Of a stretch of 64,000 bases of DNA, positions 49,981 to 63,530 are shown in pieces. Every line of letters starts with the position of its first letter. Within the stretch, counting starts at the first letter, position 1. Source of the DNA: Lama guanicoe (Eukaryota); assembly GCA_013239625.1 (NCBI GenBank), contig MU057202.1, positions 3,981,101 through 4,045,100 of the forward strand, read 5' to 3'. The translations under genes and the position numbers were made by a program. Under the pieces are notes generated by a model that did no database searches, was not told the DNA's origin, and worked only from the letters and a program-made list of their open reading frames with translations.

Positions 49981-50169
49981 ACAGCAACCTAAGGGTGGGT
50001 GGGCGACCTTGGAGCCTATTTCTGTGACTCCACTTCCTGGTTTCTGTAGCTCTCACTTCGGTCCCTGAGAGCATCCCGGGTTGGGGGTCTTTGAGGTACG
50101 TGAAGGCACCTTCCTGTCTAGGTCACCAGGCACCTGACCTGACGCCGGCCAAGTTGACCAGGGCTGCGG

Positions 50170-50740
50170 ATCACCTAGGCCTATGCAGATGTAATCAAGT
50201 TCAGATGGAGTCACACTGGATTCAAGTGGGTCCTAAATCTAACAAAACTGAAGATGTCTTCGTGAGAAGTAAGCTGACACAAGTGGGAGAGGTGGCATTT
50301 GAGGCAGCAGGGCCTGCAGGAGCCACCTGAGCCCCCAGACCAGGGCCAGGCAGGAGGGAATTCTGTTCTGGCGATTGGAGGGAGCATAGTCCTATTGACA
50401 CCTTGATTTCAAGCTTCAGAGCTTTGAGTCAGTTTTTGTTGTTTTAAGCTACGCAGTTCTCCTTTGTTCCGGCAGCTGTTATAGGACCCACGTGCAGGCC
50501 TTACATAGTTGTCCTGACAGCCCTGCCTGAGGTCCTGGCTGACAGCAGACACGTGGACAGATCTTTGGGTGACCCCAACCCCCCAACATTGGGTCACCCC
50601 AACTCCAAAGCCGATGGAGCTGATGCTGGGGGTAGAGGCAGAGATGTCCCCACTGCACCCTGCCAAAATGAAAGTTTCATGAGCAAAAGGCTTTTGTGTG
50701 TTTAAGCCAGTGAGTGGGGCTGGTTGTTACACAGCAGCAG
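50170..50740 (+). mobile_element. MLT1 LTR fragments
   Basis: tgcagatgtaatcaagtt...gggtcctaaatc...gacaccttgattt...tgttgttttaagc; a second end tgtttaagccagtg...ggttgttacacagca. Confidence 0.65.
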
Positions 50741-52233
50741 GGTGGACGCCACACTGCCTCAACTGCAGCTGTGTGCCTGTCCTCCTGCGTCAGAACCTGG
50801 TCCCAGGACTGCCCCTGGCTCTCTGGGCCCTCTGTCCAGCCTGCTGCACGCATGCACATGGCCTCCCATCTCCAATACACCATGCTCTGCCCTGTCCAGC
50901 ATCCTAATTGTCACCAGTTCGGTGCATAAGAAATTCTATCTTGTTTTAATTTGCATTTCTTGATCTTTTAATGACTTCAGACACCTTTTCTTATGCTGAT
51001 TAGCTTCTTAAATTTCCTTCTCTGAAGACAGCCTCTTCGTAGCTTTTGCTATTTTTCTAAGTGGGGCTGCTGCCTTTTTCTTGTTCATTTGCAGGATTTC
51101 ACCAAAGTGAAGAACTGATTATTCATCTCTTTCATAGAGGAGCCGTGGGCTGGGAGAGGCCAAAGCAGTGGCCCAGAGTCACACAGCAAGAAGCAGCCTA
51201 TCTGAGCACAGTGCTGCCAGCAGGTTGCCGAGGAGACAGCCCTCAGAGCTCAGCACCTGCCCAAAGCCAGCAGGTGCTTCCAGGGTCAGGCTTAGCTCCA
51301 GACACACCTTCATCCTCCACCTGCCAGATGAAGTGGGGCTTTAAAATCTCATCCTGGAGCAGGGGTGCCACCCTCCTCCTGAGGCTTCATGGCTGCTGGG
51401 AGCTTCCTCTGGAGAGGCCAGGGATGGGCACAAGGGCAGGAATTCGGGGACTAAGAACTTTGAGGTCTGGGCAGGGTGAGTGGGAGGGTGCCCGCCTCTC
51501 TGTTCCTGTGGTGCCGATGGGCACAGAGGCTCCTGACAGAGTTGGCTGCCCTGGCCCGCTGGGCCCAGGGCCTGCCCTTGGGGTCACATCCCCTGGTACC
51601 CACTGGTTTCTGGAGTCAACCTGCTGGGCTCAAACCCAGCTCTGTCACCGTGAGGCAAGGGCTAGAGAAGGCACTTCACCTCCCTGGGCTTGTTTCTTCT
51701 TGGGGCCCTGCAGAGGGCCTGGAACCCTGCCCACACAAGACACACAACAAAACCAGCAGTTGCCAGTTCACAAGTCTTTCCCAGGGATCCAAACACGGCT
51801 CCCCAGCCCAAACCAGCTTGTGGTGTGGGCCAAACTGCCCGCCTCTGTGGCAGCCTGGGCTGCTGGGGGTCCCGCCTTCCCTGGAGAGGCTGCCCATGGC
51901 TAGGACCAGGCCACGTGCTGTCTTCTCGCCAGGGGCCCCCCAGTGTGTGCCCCACCTGGAGAACAAAGATGATCCTCAAGAATGCTTCAGGGTGAGTGCT
52001 CTGGGTTCCCGTCCTGTCACCTGCTTGGCCCCAGAGACTTGCGTCCTGGCCTAGAGGCTACAGCCCCAGGGACCCCACTCCTGTGCAGAGGCTGGGTTTG
52101 TGATGGACCCCAGTGGTCTCTGGGACTGTCTGGCTCTTGCTGGTCAGCTGTGGGTGGCTACGCTGCCCAGGCCTCCACCCAGCCAGCAGGGTACGGGGAA
52201 GTGACCTGCACGGACAAGGATGTGAGTGACCTC

Positions 52234-52239
52234 TTTATT
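52234..52239 (-). terminator. VPS9D1 polyadenylation signal AATAAA
   Basis: tttatt on + strand, about 490 nt downstream of the VPS9D1 stop. Confidence 0.8.
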
Positions 52240-52731
52240 TGTAGCTGGGTCAGCGGCTGCCCAGGGGCCTGTAACAGTCAGAGTGGGCAGGCGCTGACTG
52301 TTGGGTTCACAGTGACCCAGAAGGGGTAGGGATTGTCCAGGGATCTCAGGATGTCCAGTGTCCACTGCCAAGGGTGGGAGTGTGGCTCAGAACCCCCAGA
52401 CATGGACAGGTGACCTGGGGACACCTGGGCATCTGGGACAGAGTGGAGTGGTCAGTGCCCAATGAATAAACAGCACAGCCTAAGCCCCCGGGCCCTGGGC
52501 CTCTGTGGGGGTGACAGGCTCTCGCCTCCAACAAAAAAGTGGCTCAGGAGACAGAAGGGTAGAGAAACCAGGTCTGCCCTCAGCCGGCAGCCCCTCTGTC
52601 CTTGGGTCGGTGGGGCCCTAGAGCATGTGCAGCCCCCGGGGAGTCTGGTTTCCCTGCTGGGGTCTCTCAGAGGCAGGGACAGCAGGGAGGAGGGCCTGGC
52701 TCCTGGGAGCTGACTGCTCAGCCACATCCCC

Positions 52732-55700
52732 TCAGGAGCAGAGGGGCCGTCTTGAGCCCTGAGGGCAGTTGTCAGATGGGGCCAGGAGTCCCAGGAGAGC
52801 CTCAGCTCCTGCAGCAGGGGCTCCTGGACAGACCTTGGCAGGCCCGCCCAGGGCCCCCCGGGGCAGCAGCTCCACGTAGCTCAGGGCACTCTGCAGCGAC
52901 GTCAGGCAGTAGCCCTCTTCTCCAATCAGGTACCTGCATGGAGGCAGGTACGGCACCTGTCATCTGGAGGGGACGCACCCTCACTGGATGCACAGGTCCC
53001 ACAGAAGGCTGTGAGGGGGCTGGGCTGCGGGTGGCCCACTCCCCGGGCAGACGCTGCTCAGGGGATGGCACCCCAGCCCCTCTCAGCAGTGTGCTAAGTG
53101 GGGGTAGGGAGAGGGGGCTGTGGGCTGTGGGCACAGGTGGACCCCCAGCTGGGGAGCGCAAGCCCAGACCCTGCTGGCGTGGTGCTGCCCGGGGCTCCTA
53201 CCCCTCGTGGATGAACTCCTCCAGGGCCGCGCACTCTGACACCAGCTGGGGGAGGCCGCTTCTCAGGGCCACGAAGGACAGGATGGGCAGCAGGTCGTCG
53301 GCACCACTGTTGGGAGAGGGCAGCTGCTCTCCCTGGGCCCCTCAGCCCACTGGCCTCTGGGGCTGGGTATGAACTCCGGTCAGTGTGACTAGAGACCACC
53401 TAGGAGCAGCCAGGCCATCCCCAGACAGGGACCCTGCGCTGCAAAGCCCAGGGCGGGGTGGGGAGGCCCCACAGCGAACCTGCCTGAGCCCAGGGGACAG
53501 GATGAGGGAGAGGGTGGCCCATGTGCCAGGCAGCCTGCTCCCTCCTGTCAGGTGTCACTCAGCTTGTCACGCCAGGTACTCCAGACCCTCTGCAAGAGGC
53601 ACCTAAGTGAGCAAGGGAGGCCCTAAGGGACACTCGGAGCCTGGCCCAAGGCCTCACAGCCAGTGGGCTCTGCAGTGAGCACGGAGGCAAAGCATGGGGT
53701 TTGAACCGGATGACCAGGGAAGCCTCACATCCCAGGGACTTCTGGGCGGCCTGGCCCCCTCCTCCCCAGGGACCACACACCTGTAGGTATGCTCCCTGGC
53801 CCCTGGGATATCCCTGGGAGGAAGCTAGTGTGGGCTGCTGCCAGGACTTGGAAGCACTTTCAGCCCTGGAACCCCATCACTGGCAGCAACTCACTCCGCA
53901 GCCAGATGGCAACATGGTGAAAGCAGCCGCTGAGAGCCTGGCTGGGTTCCCTGGCCAGACCCTGCAGCTGAGGCCCAGCACCCTGGCCCTGGGGGTGGGG
54001 TGGGAGTGGGAGGAGTGCCTCCCTGCTGACCTCACACTCAGCTGAGACTCCCACCTGTCGCACCTGTCGGCCTCTGTGCAGGCAGGCGCCACAGCCTGCC
54101 CAGCAGGCTGCAAGGACAGGGGCCTTCCAGGCGACTCCCTCTCTGACCCAGGGGTGGGGTCAGGAGGCAGAGCCCCAGCAGGTGCTAAGAGGACAGCAGC
54201 CCGAGTGGTGCCAGGGCTGAGGAAGAAGGCTGCTGGCCACAAGTGGGTCCAGGTAGGACTAAGGTAGGGCCCAGGTGGGGAAGACCTCTGCCCTACCTCA
54301 GGAGGGTGGGGCAGGAACTCCAGGGATGGGGACCCAGTGCAGGGAACACTGGGCCTGAGGTGGCTTCCCCCAGGCGTGTGACTGAGGGGAAGCACGTACT
54401 TCTGGGATAAGTAGTCCTAAATTTCACCGGATGAGCTAGCTAGGGATGACAACATGCTGCCTGCGGAGGCTGGAGCCCAGGGTCCTTGGTGGAGATGGGT
54501 CAGGCGGCCGGCAGAAACCCATGGTCCCAGTGCCTGGGGCAGGGAGGAAGGGAAGGGTTCCCTCTTCCCCCAGGCTTCCAAAGGCAGCCCCCCAGCACCC
54601 AGGGCCCACCTGGCTGTGCCCCCTGGGACTCACATGGCGGCAGTGCCGGGCTGGGGTTCAGCCTCCTGGTCCCGGTAGTAGCCTTCAGCGCAGGCACAGA
54701 TGACCCGCAGGGCCCGCACTATGGCGCAGAAGTGAGGCTTCGATGAGGAGCTAGGGACCCCATCCCAGGAACATCTCCCAGGCACGGCTCCCACCCACCT
54801 CGTGCGCAGGGCTGGGCAGAGCCAGGCTGCGCCCTCCTGGGGGTACTGCTTCCACACCACTCATGCCCCAGAGGACACACCGCCATGGAGCATGAGAAGG
54901 GCCCGAGGCCCAGAGGTGAGGGCATAGGCTCCAGGTCACCCTCTGAGACAGGACCCTGTCTTATCTGACCACATCACCCCTTCTCTCCTCCCAGACCATC
55001 TCCCCTTACCAATGCACTCCAGCTTCTTCTGGGGGCAGCTCTCCAGAACCAGCAGCCCCAGCTCCTGGGCTGCAGCACAGTAGGGGTAGGCACCAGCTCC
55101 TGCGGCCCCGGGGTCCCGTGGGAGGAGCTTGGTGGGGACACCAATGGCTGCCGGGGGGGCATTCCTGTACAGCTCCATGCTCCTGCCAAGGGCAGCCTCC
55201 CGGAGGCGGTGAAGGCTCCTGGGGCAGAGAGAGGCCAGGCTCAGCTGCCCTGGGACGCTGCCAGGGAGGGAATGGAGGCAGGGCTGGGGAAAGCTGGCCG
55301 TGCCCCGAGGTGGGCGTGGCACCACCTGCAAACCAGAAACACCTGAGGACTGCCCGGGAGTAAAAAGCACTGGCTGGAAGTACGAAGGTCACCTCGGGGC
55401 TGGAGATGGGGGCTGCGAGGCTGCGGCAGTGGGAGGCTGCAGGGTACTGGGGCTGGGCCGCACCTGTAGACGGCCAGCAGCAGGGGCCACAGTGGGGAGA
55501 AGAAGGGCTCCTCGATGCAGGCCAGGCAGCGGTCCTTGGAGGCGGCCGTGTTCAGGCCTTCAAAAGCCAGGAGGGTCAGCGCGAGCAGCCTGTCTGCCGA
55601 GAGCAGAGCCGGCACAGCGGCACTGTGGGGATGGCTGGGACCTCTGGCCGTGGCTGGCAGTCCCTGGAGGTCACTCCTCCCCAGCTCAGCCAGCCTGGGA

Positions 55701-58700
55701 TGCCCAGCCAGACCCCACCTGCCTCTGCCTCCACTCCCCAGGGGCAGCCTCAGTTGGGTGGGCAGAGCCACAGTTAGCTTCTGGGCTCTGTGGGAGGGCT
55801 TCGCATGGCCCGGCCTTCCCTCCCCTTCAAACTCCGCAGCCTATGGTCAGAGTAGGGGATCTAGGCCTTCAGCCCCGGGGGCTCACAGGGTCATAACTAA
55901 CTCCCCCAAGGGGCCAAGGAGACAAGCCTGGGAAGGAGAACAGAAGACAGCCTCTTTCTGAAAAGGGTCTGTACCCCAAACTGTGGGAACCCAGATGAGC
56001 TTTAGACACACATTTGAAGACAAGAAATCAGAGGCCCAGGGATATGAAGGACCCCCAGGAAGGAGGCGGGACTGGCCCAGGGCCTCCCTCACTGGTCCTG
56101 AGAAAACCCTGACAGCCTTCCTCCTTGGAGGGGATGTTGAAGTCACCTGCTGCCCTGGCCCCTGAGGGAACCCACACGCTATTCTCAGGACAGAGATGCT
56201 GAGATGAGCCCTTTGTCATCAACAGGTGGCACACACACCGAAGCCCTTAGTCTGGGATGACGTGGGTCCACCCTGAGGCTCTGAGGGCAGACCCTTTCCC
56301 AACAGAAGACACGTAGACCAGGCTTGTCTCCTCGAGCAGGCGGTGAAGAGACAGCCAGGGATCGAGGGAGACCCTGGGCCCACAGCCAGACCCAGCTACC
56401 CTCCAAGCCCTGGTGCGTCCCGGCCTGCTAAGCAGACCGTGTGGTCCTGAGGAGGGTGGATGGGGAGGGCCCTGCAGGTCAGGGCTGGTCTGCCTGCCAC
56501 CCAGATGACAGCCCCTTTGCCCTGCCCTGGGCCTACCCCAGGCTGTGCCAAGCTTTTGCTTCAGAGCCAGCGCAGCTCCACCGCCCACCATTGCTGCAGG
56601 TGCGCGAGCCTCACCAATGGCGTCGTGTATGTCCTTCACCACGCACTTCAGCTGCTCTGGCAACGGCTCCTTCCTCACCCCTGGGGTCTGGGGCTCAGGC
56701 TGCCCCCCAGGGCCCCGGCCCCACCTCTCAGAAGTGGCCAAGAACTGTTCCAGGTCCTCAAAGGAGCTGTCCTTGCCTGGCAGGTGGGATGAGGTGTCCA
56801 CTAGGGGTGAGGGAGGCCCCAAGGGGCTGCTGTCCACCCCTGTGTCTGGGGAGCCGTGGTAGGGTGGGGGTGTAGCAGGGCTGGGGGCCGGGCCAGGCTC
56901 TGGGGAGGAAGGCAGGCAGTAGAGGCTCTGTGAGGGCCGGAGCCGCCGGCTTCCAGGAGTCAGCAGCCCGTCAGCATCAGGGGGCAGGGAACAGCAGCCA
57001 GGGGCTGAGGTGGCGCCCCCTGCACCCCTGCTCACGATGGGGTACAGTGCCCGGTACACCGCACACTGGAGCTTCCTCAGGAGCTGCGAGATGGGGTGGT
57101 CGGGGACGCTGCGAGCAGAGGAGGTGGCGTGTTAGGGCTGGAGGGGTGGGGTCCCCCTGGTGGGCTCTGACCTGGTCTGAGAAAGCCCATAGCCCTGCGA
57201 GGCCCTCACTGGACCCCTGCCCACCTGTAACGTGGCCCTGCCGGGTGGGATTTCAGAGGACTGACTATTTCCCTGTGGGTCAATGTGGCAAATCAAGTCT
57301 GCCTGCCCTTGGAGAAGGTAGGAGGCGAGGCCATCAGTGCGAGGGGGCCCCTGGGGGCTAGTGTGGCCCGCTGCCCCTTGCAGTCACCCTCAGACCTCCC
57401 CCTGCTCTTTCCTTTTTAGTCCTTTTCTCCTCTGTCAGCCTGCAGCCCGGGGAGGGGCTCAAGGCCCTGGTACCTGAGCAGGTGGGAGACCAGGTTGGTC
57501 ACCAGTGACAGGTCCCCTGGGCTCTTCTTGAGCTTGGCCCGCCAGTGCTTTGGCCAGTCCTGCAGGACAGGAGATCGTGGAGGAGGACTCGGGGAAGACC
57601 CTCCTCCCTCACCAAGGCTGCACCTCAGGGGCCAGCGCCCTTCACTGGTGCCCCAGCGGGAGTGGAGGGAAGGCCCTGCCTGCACTCCCCCCAGACTCAC
57701 GTGGTCTTGCTCATACTCCAGGATGGCGGCGTAGAGGGCCCGCTGCTCCCGCTCCTCGGGGGTCAGGGCGACCTGACTGCAGAACCTCCTGGGAAGAAGG
57801 ACGGGTCTGGAGGCCTCAGGGCTGAACAGACAGGTGCAGGAGTCCCCACCTGTCCTGCTGGTGGCTTCTGGGCCCAACAGGAGGACACACACCTGTTGGC
57901 AGCCTCCTGGAGCCGCAGCCGGCGTTCTTCCATCTTCCTCTGCAGCTGGGGCAGCCGAGTCAAGGCCCTTTCTTTCTGATTTCTGATGCGGTGTCCCCTA
58001 CACACGTGCACAGACCTCTGGGATGTCCCGCTGTGCTGGATACAGGGTCGAGCAGGGTGGGTGGGAGGAGGGGCAGGGCCAGAAGATGGGCCCACTCAGG
58101 GCAGGAAGGCAAGTCCTGGCTGACCCGAGGGGTGGGGAGGAGCCTGTGGGTGCTGAGAGGGCCAGGGCGGCCTGTGCAAGTGTGGGGAGGGCAGAGACAG
58201 CCTGGCTAGGCAGGAACCATCCCGAGGACATGTCTCTCTGAAACTGGAGTTCTCCCACACCCAGACCCTGGCACCCTTACCTGCCCAACCCAGCTGATGG
58301 TCACATTATGAATTTCTGCCCCTGAACACCAAGCATGGATGGAAGGATACTGTCTCTTCCCGGGCTCTGGCGATCACTAGGTTCTCCATCATCTGCCGCT
58401 GCAGGGACAGGGTCTAGGAGGGAAGGAGGGAATCAGGCCTGCTCCCTCCACCAGCCCAGACCCTCCTGGGCCCTGCTCACCAGGGACGTCTTCTGCATGG
58501 CCTGGCTGGGGTCCAGACGGGCCATCCGGGCCTCATATGCAGCCTTCAGCTTCTGATTCTGCAGGGAGGCCTCCTCCAGGGGTGTCAGCTCCCTGGAATG
58601 GTGACAAGCTGCTGTCCAGGCTCCAGGAAGCCCAGGAACACTCTGGTCACCTGAGGACCCTTCCTGACCCTGCCCTGAGACCAGAAGGTGAGGAGGTGGT

Positions 58701-61700
58701 GATGGGGCAGACAGGAGTGTGAAGGAGGGATGCGGTCCAGGGTGGATGGGAGATACCTGCCCCGCTGAGACATGACCCTATTGGCAAGACTTCTGACTTT
58801 TCAGCAGAACCTTGACCACAGACCTTTATGCAAGTCAGTTACATGTGTTTGGTAACAGCATGAAACTCTTTGAAGGCACCATGTGGGCCAAACAGCTAGG
58901 TTAGTTTGCAACCCATGAAGGGAAAGTCAGGTCTACCAGATAACAGGCGCTGACAGCGCCCCTCCCCACTGCCCCCATCAGAACTTTCTGTCCCGCACTT
59001 TCCTGCTGTCAGGGTGGGAGAAGGTCAGCTGTGGGGACACGGGCAGTCCTGGGTCGTGGGGTGGAAGTCTGTGCAGGCAGAGACAAGGTGGAGCAGTGGC
59101 CCGAGGCCTGGCAGCAGCAGAGCCCGTCCTCCACTCATCCTGCTGGGATTCTGGCAACTGTGGTCTGGTGTCTTTCGTCTGTTCTGGAAGACTGCCTTAA
59201 TCTCTTCAAATAACGCCCCTCTTGTATTTTCTTTCTCATCTTTTTCTGGAATTCTAATGACCTATATTGGACCTTCCATGTCTTTTTCAAATTTTCTTTT
59301 TTTCTTTCTGTGTGTCTTTCTGGGTATCTTTTAATCTTTTATCCAATTCACTAATTGTCTCTTCAGCTGTGTCTGCTCTGCTGTTATAAACTTGTCCACT
59401 CCTTTTTGTGTACATGTGTGGATATTTACAGGAGAATATAATTTGTTGTTTTTTTCTAATTAGTTTAAAAATAATTTCATTATTTTTTATTTCTTTTCTG
59501 CTTGGTTCTTTATTTGACCCCTAGTATAAATCAGGGTCAGATTTTACAGCTTCGTGTTTCTTGGAGGTATTTCCAAACTTGCCTTTCATTTCTCTAAAAT
59601 GTAGAGAGCATGATGGTTTCATAATCTGTCCTGTAACTCTATCTGAAGATTTGCAGGTCTGTTTTTGCTACCATTCCTTCACAGTTTCTTGTTTCTTTCT
59701 GTGCTTGGTTATCTTTGACTATGTACCATTCATTTTATGACAGCTGAAGGTGATTTTCTCCAAAGACAATCTGAATTTATTTCTGCCAGACACCAGGTAT
59801 TTCCATCCTGGGACCCATTTTGACTAAATCCACCATGGTCAGCTCACTTTGCCTCCAAACCCAGGCTCAGCCCCCCTTCCATTGTGCCCCATCTTACTTC
59901 TTAGAGCTTTGCGACTCTACCACCTGAAGCTTCTGGAAGATCTCAGGTGGCAGAAATGGAGAGAGCTTGCCTCCCTCATCCGAGTACACTCGGCGGTGTC
60001 GGCTGGTAGGCGAGGGGGCAGGAGCAGCCACAGGCATGGCTGGCTTCAGGCGTGTTTTCCCTGAAAGAAAATGTAGTTAAGGGTCCACAGGGGGCTCCAT
60101 GTTGCACAAAGGAGATGCAGACTCGAGGTAGGGGTTACCCCAGGAAACCTTCTGCTGGACACCCACCAAGTCTGGCGGCTGTTGACTGGGCCCTCTCCAG
60201 ACACTGCTCCGCCAGCTTCAGCATCTTTGACGTGTCCGGGGGTACAGTTTCTGCTTCTGGGGAGCAATGGACAAGACAGTGGTCACATCAACCTATCACT
60301 AATCAGATTCTTGCTGCGATAAAAACAAAGGCAAGCCCATCCCCTCCTAACCTCTGACCCCTGGGTGAGCCCACCCCCTTCTCATCTCTGACCATCAGCT
60401 CTGGGTTTACCTTCTGGCCCTGGTGTGTGTAGCTGTCCTGTCTGTCCTCTTGGCTGGACCATCAGAGTCTTCTCTCTACCTGCCTGGGCTTTTTATCCTC
60501 ACTGACACAACTTCACTTGTACTGACAGCCCTGCTCCAGCTGGGCCCTGCCGTCACCATGGCTGTTTCACAGAAACAGCTTTTTCACCCATTTCGTGCCC
60601 TCCAGCTGTGTTCACCCAACCCTGGTGCATCGGGGGACTTCTGTTCTGCACCCCCTCCTCTGGGAATCACTCCTGTCAGCAGACTCTCCTGTGGGAACTA
60701 CACCTGAAACCCTGCCCTGGACGCTGCCAGCCCCTCAGCACACCATGTCAGCCACCTGATTCCCACTGAGACTGCCCACCCACCCACATCCTGCCTTTCT
60801 CTGAAAAGCTCCCTGACCTCTCTCCTCTAGGACAGCTCCCTGGGACTTCCCCCCACCATGCCCTCCTCCCAGTCTTCCATCTTGCGGTGCCCAGAGCTCT
60901 GCTGAGCTCCCTGGCTCCCCAGGGCAGCTCTCCCTCTGGCGATGCCCACCTCACCCTGTCCCCTGTTGGGCTGCTGGACATCTTGAGCAGAATGTGCTCA
61001 TGACAGACATCTCAGCTCCTGCACCTCCCACCCCACCAGACTGTCCACTGTCCCCTGAGAACGTCCGGTGAGGCCCATCTTCACAGTACACCTCCCAGAC
61101 CCCTCCCTCCTTCCCACTCCAGGCGGTCCCACCACTGCGGTCCTTACTGTGGGAGCTTCCTGGAGGCTGTGCTTCCAGGCTGGCCTCTCCCCACAAAGCC
61201 TCCACGAGCTTCCCCTCAACCGGACAACCCTAATCCCCCCATGGCCCTGCCTGCTGACTGCACTTTCTCCTCCAGTTGGCCCCCTCCCTGTATCTGGCAC
61301 CCACCCTCCTCTCAGGGCCTCTGCACGTCTGTCTGCTGGGAATGCTGCCCCCAGCCCCCAACCTGTGTGCAGCTCATTCCTCCCTGAGCTGGGGTTCAAC
61401 ATCCAGTCTCGGGTCTCTGCTTGACCACCTCTATCCCCTTAGGCACAGCACCCGTCCCTTCCTGCTCCACATCACATTTATGCTTCCTGAGTGCTCAGCC
61501 ATTCACCTTCTGCTAATGACCAGGTGGAGAGGACACAGGACACCCCCAGGCCTGGGACCCATCAAAGGCTAAGCTGTCCATAGTCTGCCCAGCACGGGAG
61601 GAGCTGCAAGGCTGGACGCTGTACCTCTGGGGGTCGCCATGTCTTCCAGCAGCGCCTGGGAGATGTAGTGAACGGTCCTCAGGTACTCTCTGTATGCCTC

Positions 61701-63072
61701 CTGTGCCAGGGAAGAGAAATGGCAGGGGTCAGGCTGGAAGAGGCAAACAGTCCATCGTGCACACTTGGTGCCCTCGTGGTGCCTGCTTATCTCAGATCCA
61801 CCTGCTACAGCCAGACTGGCTAGCTGGTAACCAGCTGGGGCACAGAGAGCACCCCTCTTCCCTAGACCTGAAGCCAGCATCACTGCTTTTTTTTTCCAGT
61901 GCAGAAAGGAACTGAGGTTCTCATTCAGTGCGCCAGGCAAACCAGCCTTTGCAGTAAATGCTGTTTTTCAGTCTGTGCAACAAGTTTCTGTCCTCTGCAA
62001 CTCAGGGGCCATTCATTTGGTTGCTTAAATATTTATATATATATATATATATTTTTTTTTTTTTCTGGAGGTTAATGGGGGAGTGACGTTGCAACTCTTA
62101 GAATCACTTTCTGGCTTGGGTCCTGGAAAACCCCTTTCCTGGACCCCAGAATAAGTACTCCCTGGGCATGCAAGAGTCTATAAAACACGAGGATATTGGC
62201 ACTTTCAAGGGTGTGAGCATTCTGTTCAGGGCTCCCTTCCAGAGCTCAGGGCATTTCGAACCACAGCATGGTGCTTTGTTTTTTGTTTGTTTTGTTGCAT
62301 CCCAGTTCTCAAATTACCCACCTTTAAGTCTACATCTCAGGGATAAGGATAAAATGGATTCCGGGAAGGATTTCTGACTTGTAGGGGCACTTGCTGCCCT
62401 AGAAAACCAATCTGGGGAAAGCAGCGAATGGGAAGACCAGGATGCCTTTCTTAGGCCCCCGCGGCCTCCTCCCCTCCTTGGGCTCCCCAGTGTGGCTCGG
62501 CCGGCTTTTCCACGCGGTCACCACCCTTCGGATTAACACCCGTTCCGGTGACAAGCCACACCCCTCCCCCGCCGGCATTTTCCTTCCAAACAAGCTCTGA
62601 AGGCGACTGGAAAGGCGCAGTTAACCTCTTATGAATTCCTTCCCCTTTGGAGATCTGGCTAAATCTGCAGGGTCCGCCCCCAAAGTCACACACACGGAGT
62701 TGTCGGCCGGATAACCTTTGGAGGGCCGCTTCACGGACCCTTTGGAATCCCCTTCACAAATGAAAACGCCTCGCCTCCAATTTCCGACTCGCTGAACAGA
62801 CGGGAAACCCGAGGGCAGGAGCCGGCGGGAGCTGTCCAAGGTCACAGCCGACGCCCGAGCCAGCGCCCCGCGCCGCCCGAGGGGCCAGGAGGCGCCCACT
62901 CGCGGCCCCGCCCTCGCCCCCGCCCACCGGCCGGCAGCGGGTCCGCGACCGCCCCCGCCCCGCCCCTCCTCACCCGGGGCCGGTTGCTGGTGTCCAGCTC
63001 GATGGCCTCGTTGGCTAGCTTCATGGCGCACTGCAACGGCTTCACCGCGCCGTCCCCGGCCGCAGCGGCCAT
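52732..63072 (-). CDS. VPS9D1: VPS9 domain-containing protein 1 (MIT-like N-terminus, C-terminal VPS9 Rab-GEF domain), 684 aa, spliced
   Basis: Exons (minus strand) 62974-63072, 61625-61700, 60167-60256, 59898-60060, 58481-58592, 58351-58413, 57893-57945, 57701-57788, 57474-57559, 56615-57108, 55464-55593, 55010-55218, 54634-54718, 53202-53306, 52732-52933 (2055 nt). [27 protein letters not shown]; VPS9 motifs [12 protein letters not shown] and [14 protein letters not shown]. Confidence 0.95.
57946..58350 (-). other. U12-type (minor spliceosome) GT-AG intron 6 of VPS9D1
   Basis: Donor GTATCCTT; branch point CCTTGAC at 57959-57965, ending 13 nt before the exon; little polypyrimidine tract. 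Confidence 0.85.
59150..59800 (-). mobile_element. Decayed L1 fragment in VPS9D1 intron 4
   Basis: T-rich tract with tccaattcactaattgtctcttcagctgtgtctgctctgctgtta, an old L1M antisense hallmark. Confidence 0.5.
62034..62064. repeat. (TA)9 microsatellite followed by a T run
   Basis: tatatatatatatatatattttttttttttt. Confidence 0.9.
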
Positions 63073-63530
63073 GGCGCCGGCGGGGGAGGCGGTGGGGCAG
63101 TCGAGGGGCGGGGCGGGCGGCTCGGGCCCCGGAACGCAACCCGCGCGGGTGCGGGCGCCAACCGAGCCGCGGACCGCCGGAAGAGGGCGCACCGCGCGGG
63201 TGCACTTCCGGCGGCCCAGCCCCCGACGCGCCGCGCGCTCAACTCCTGGGGCCGAAGCGGCGGAGGTGGGGCTGCGGAGGTGGGGCGGCGGAGCTCCAGG
63301 TAACCGCTTCACGCAGTTGCCGCGAGTGTGTAAGTGGTACTACCCGCACCCTAACTCCATGGCGGTGACACGCCAACCACGCGGGACCCGCCTCTTGCCC
63401 TCCCTTTGCCGTGCCGACGCCCCACTTCCAGTGAGCCCGTTGGAGCCGAAAGGCGGAGTCGAACGGAAACGAGCGAGCGCAGTCCAGCCGAGCGGAGCAC
63501 ACGTATCCTAGACTAGCTGCCAGGCCCGGC

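Noticed and set aside
51061-51903. 280-aa intergenic ORF between SPATA2L and VPS9D1
   Set aside because: GTG start within L1/MIR remnants, low-complexity G/P/A composition, expected by chance at this GC content
52602-53372. 256-aa plus-strand ORF and a plus-strand AATAAA at 52465-52470
   Set aside because: Antisense to VPS9D1 exons 14-15; the hexamer lies upstream of the ORF and no splice structure supports a gene
57783-57791. NAGNAG (CAG-GAG) alternative acceptor at VPS9D1 exon 8
   Set aside because: A distal GAG acceptor is rarely used; the proximal CAG gives the expected RRF sequence
56000-61500. Orthologue of the human antisense lncRNA VPS9D1-AS1
   Set aside because: Expected from synteny, but no exon structure can be supported from the sequence alone
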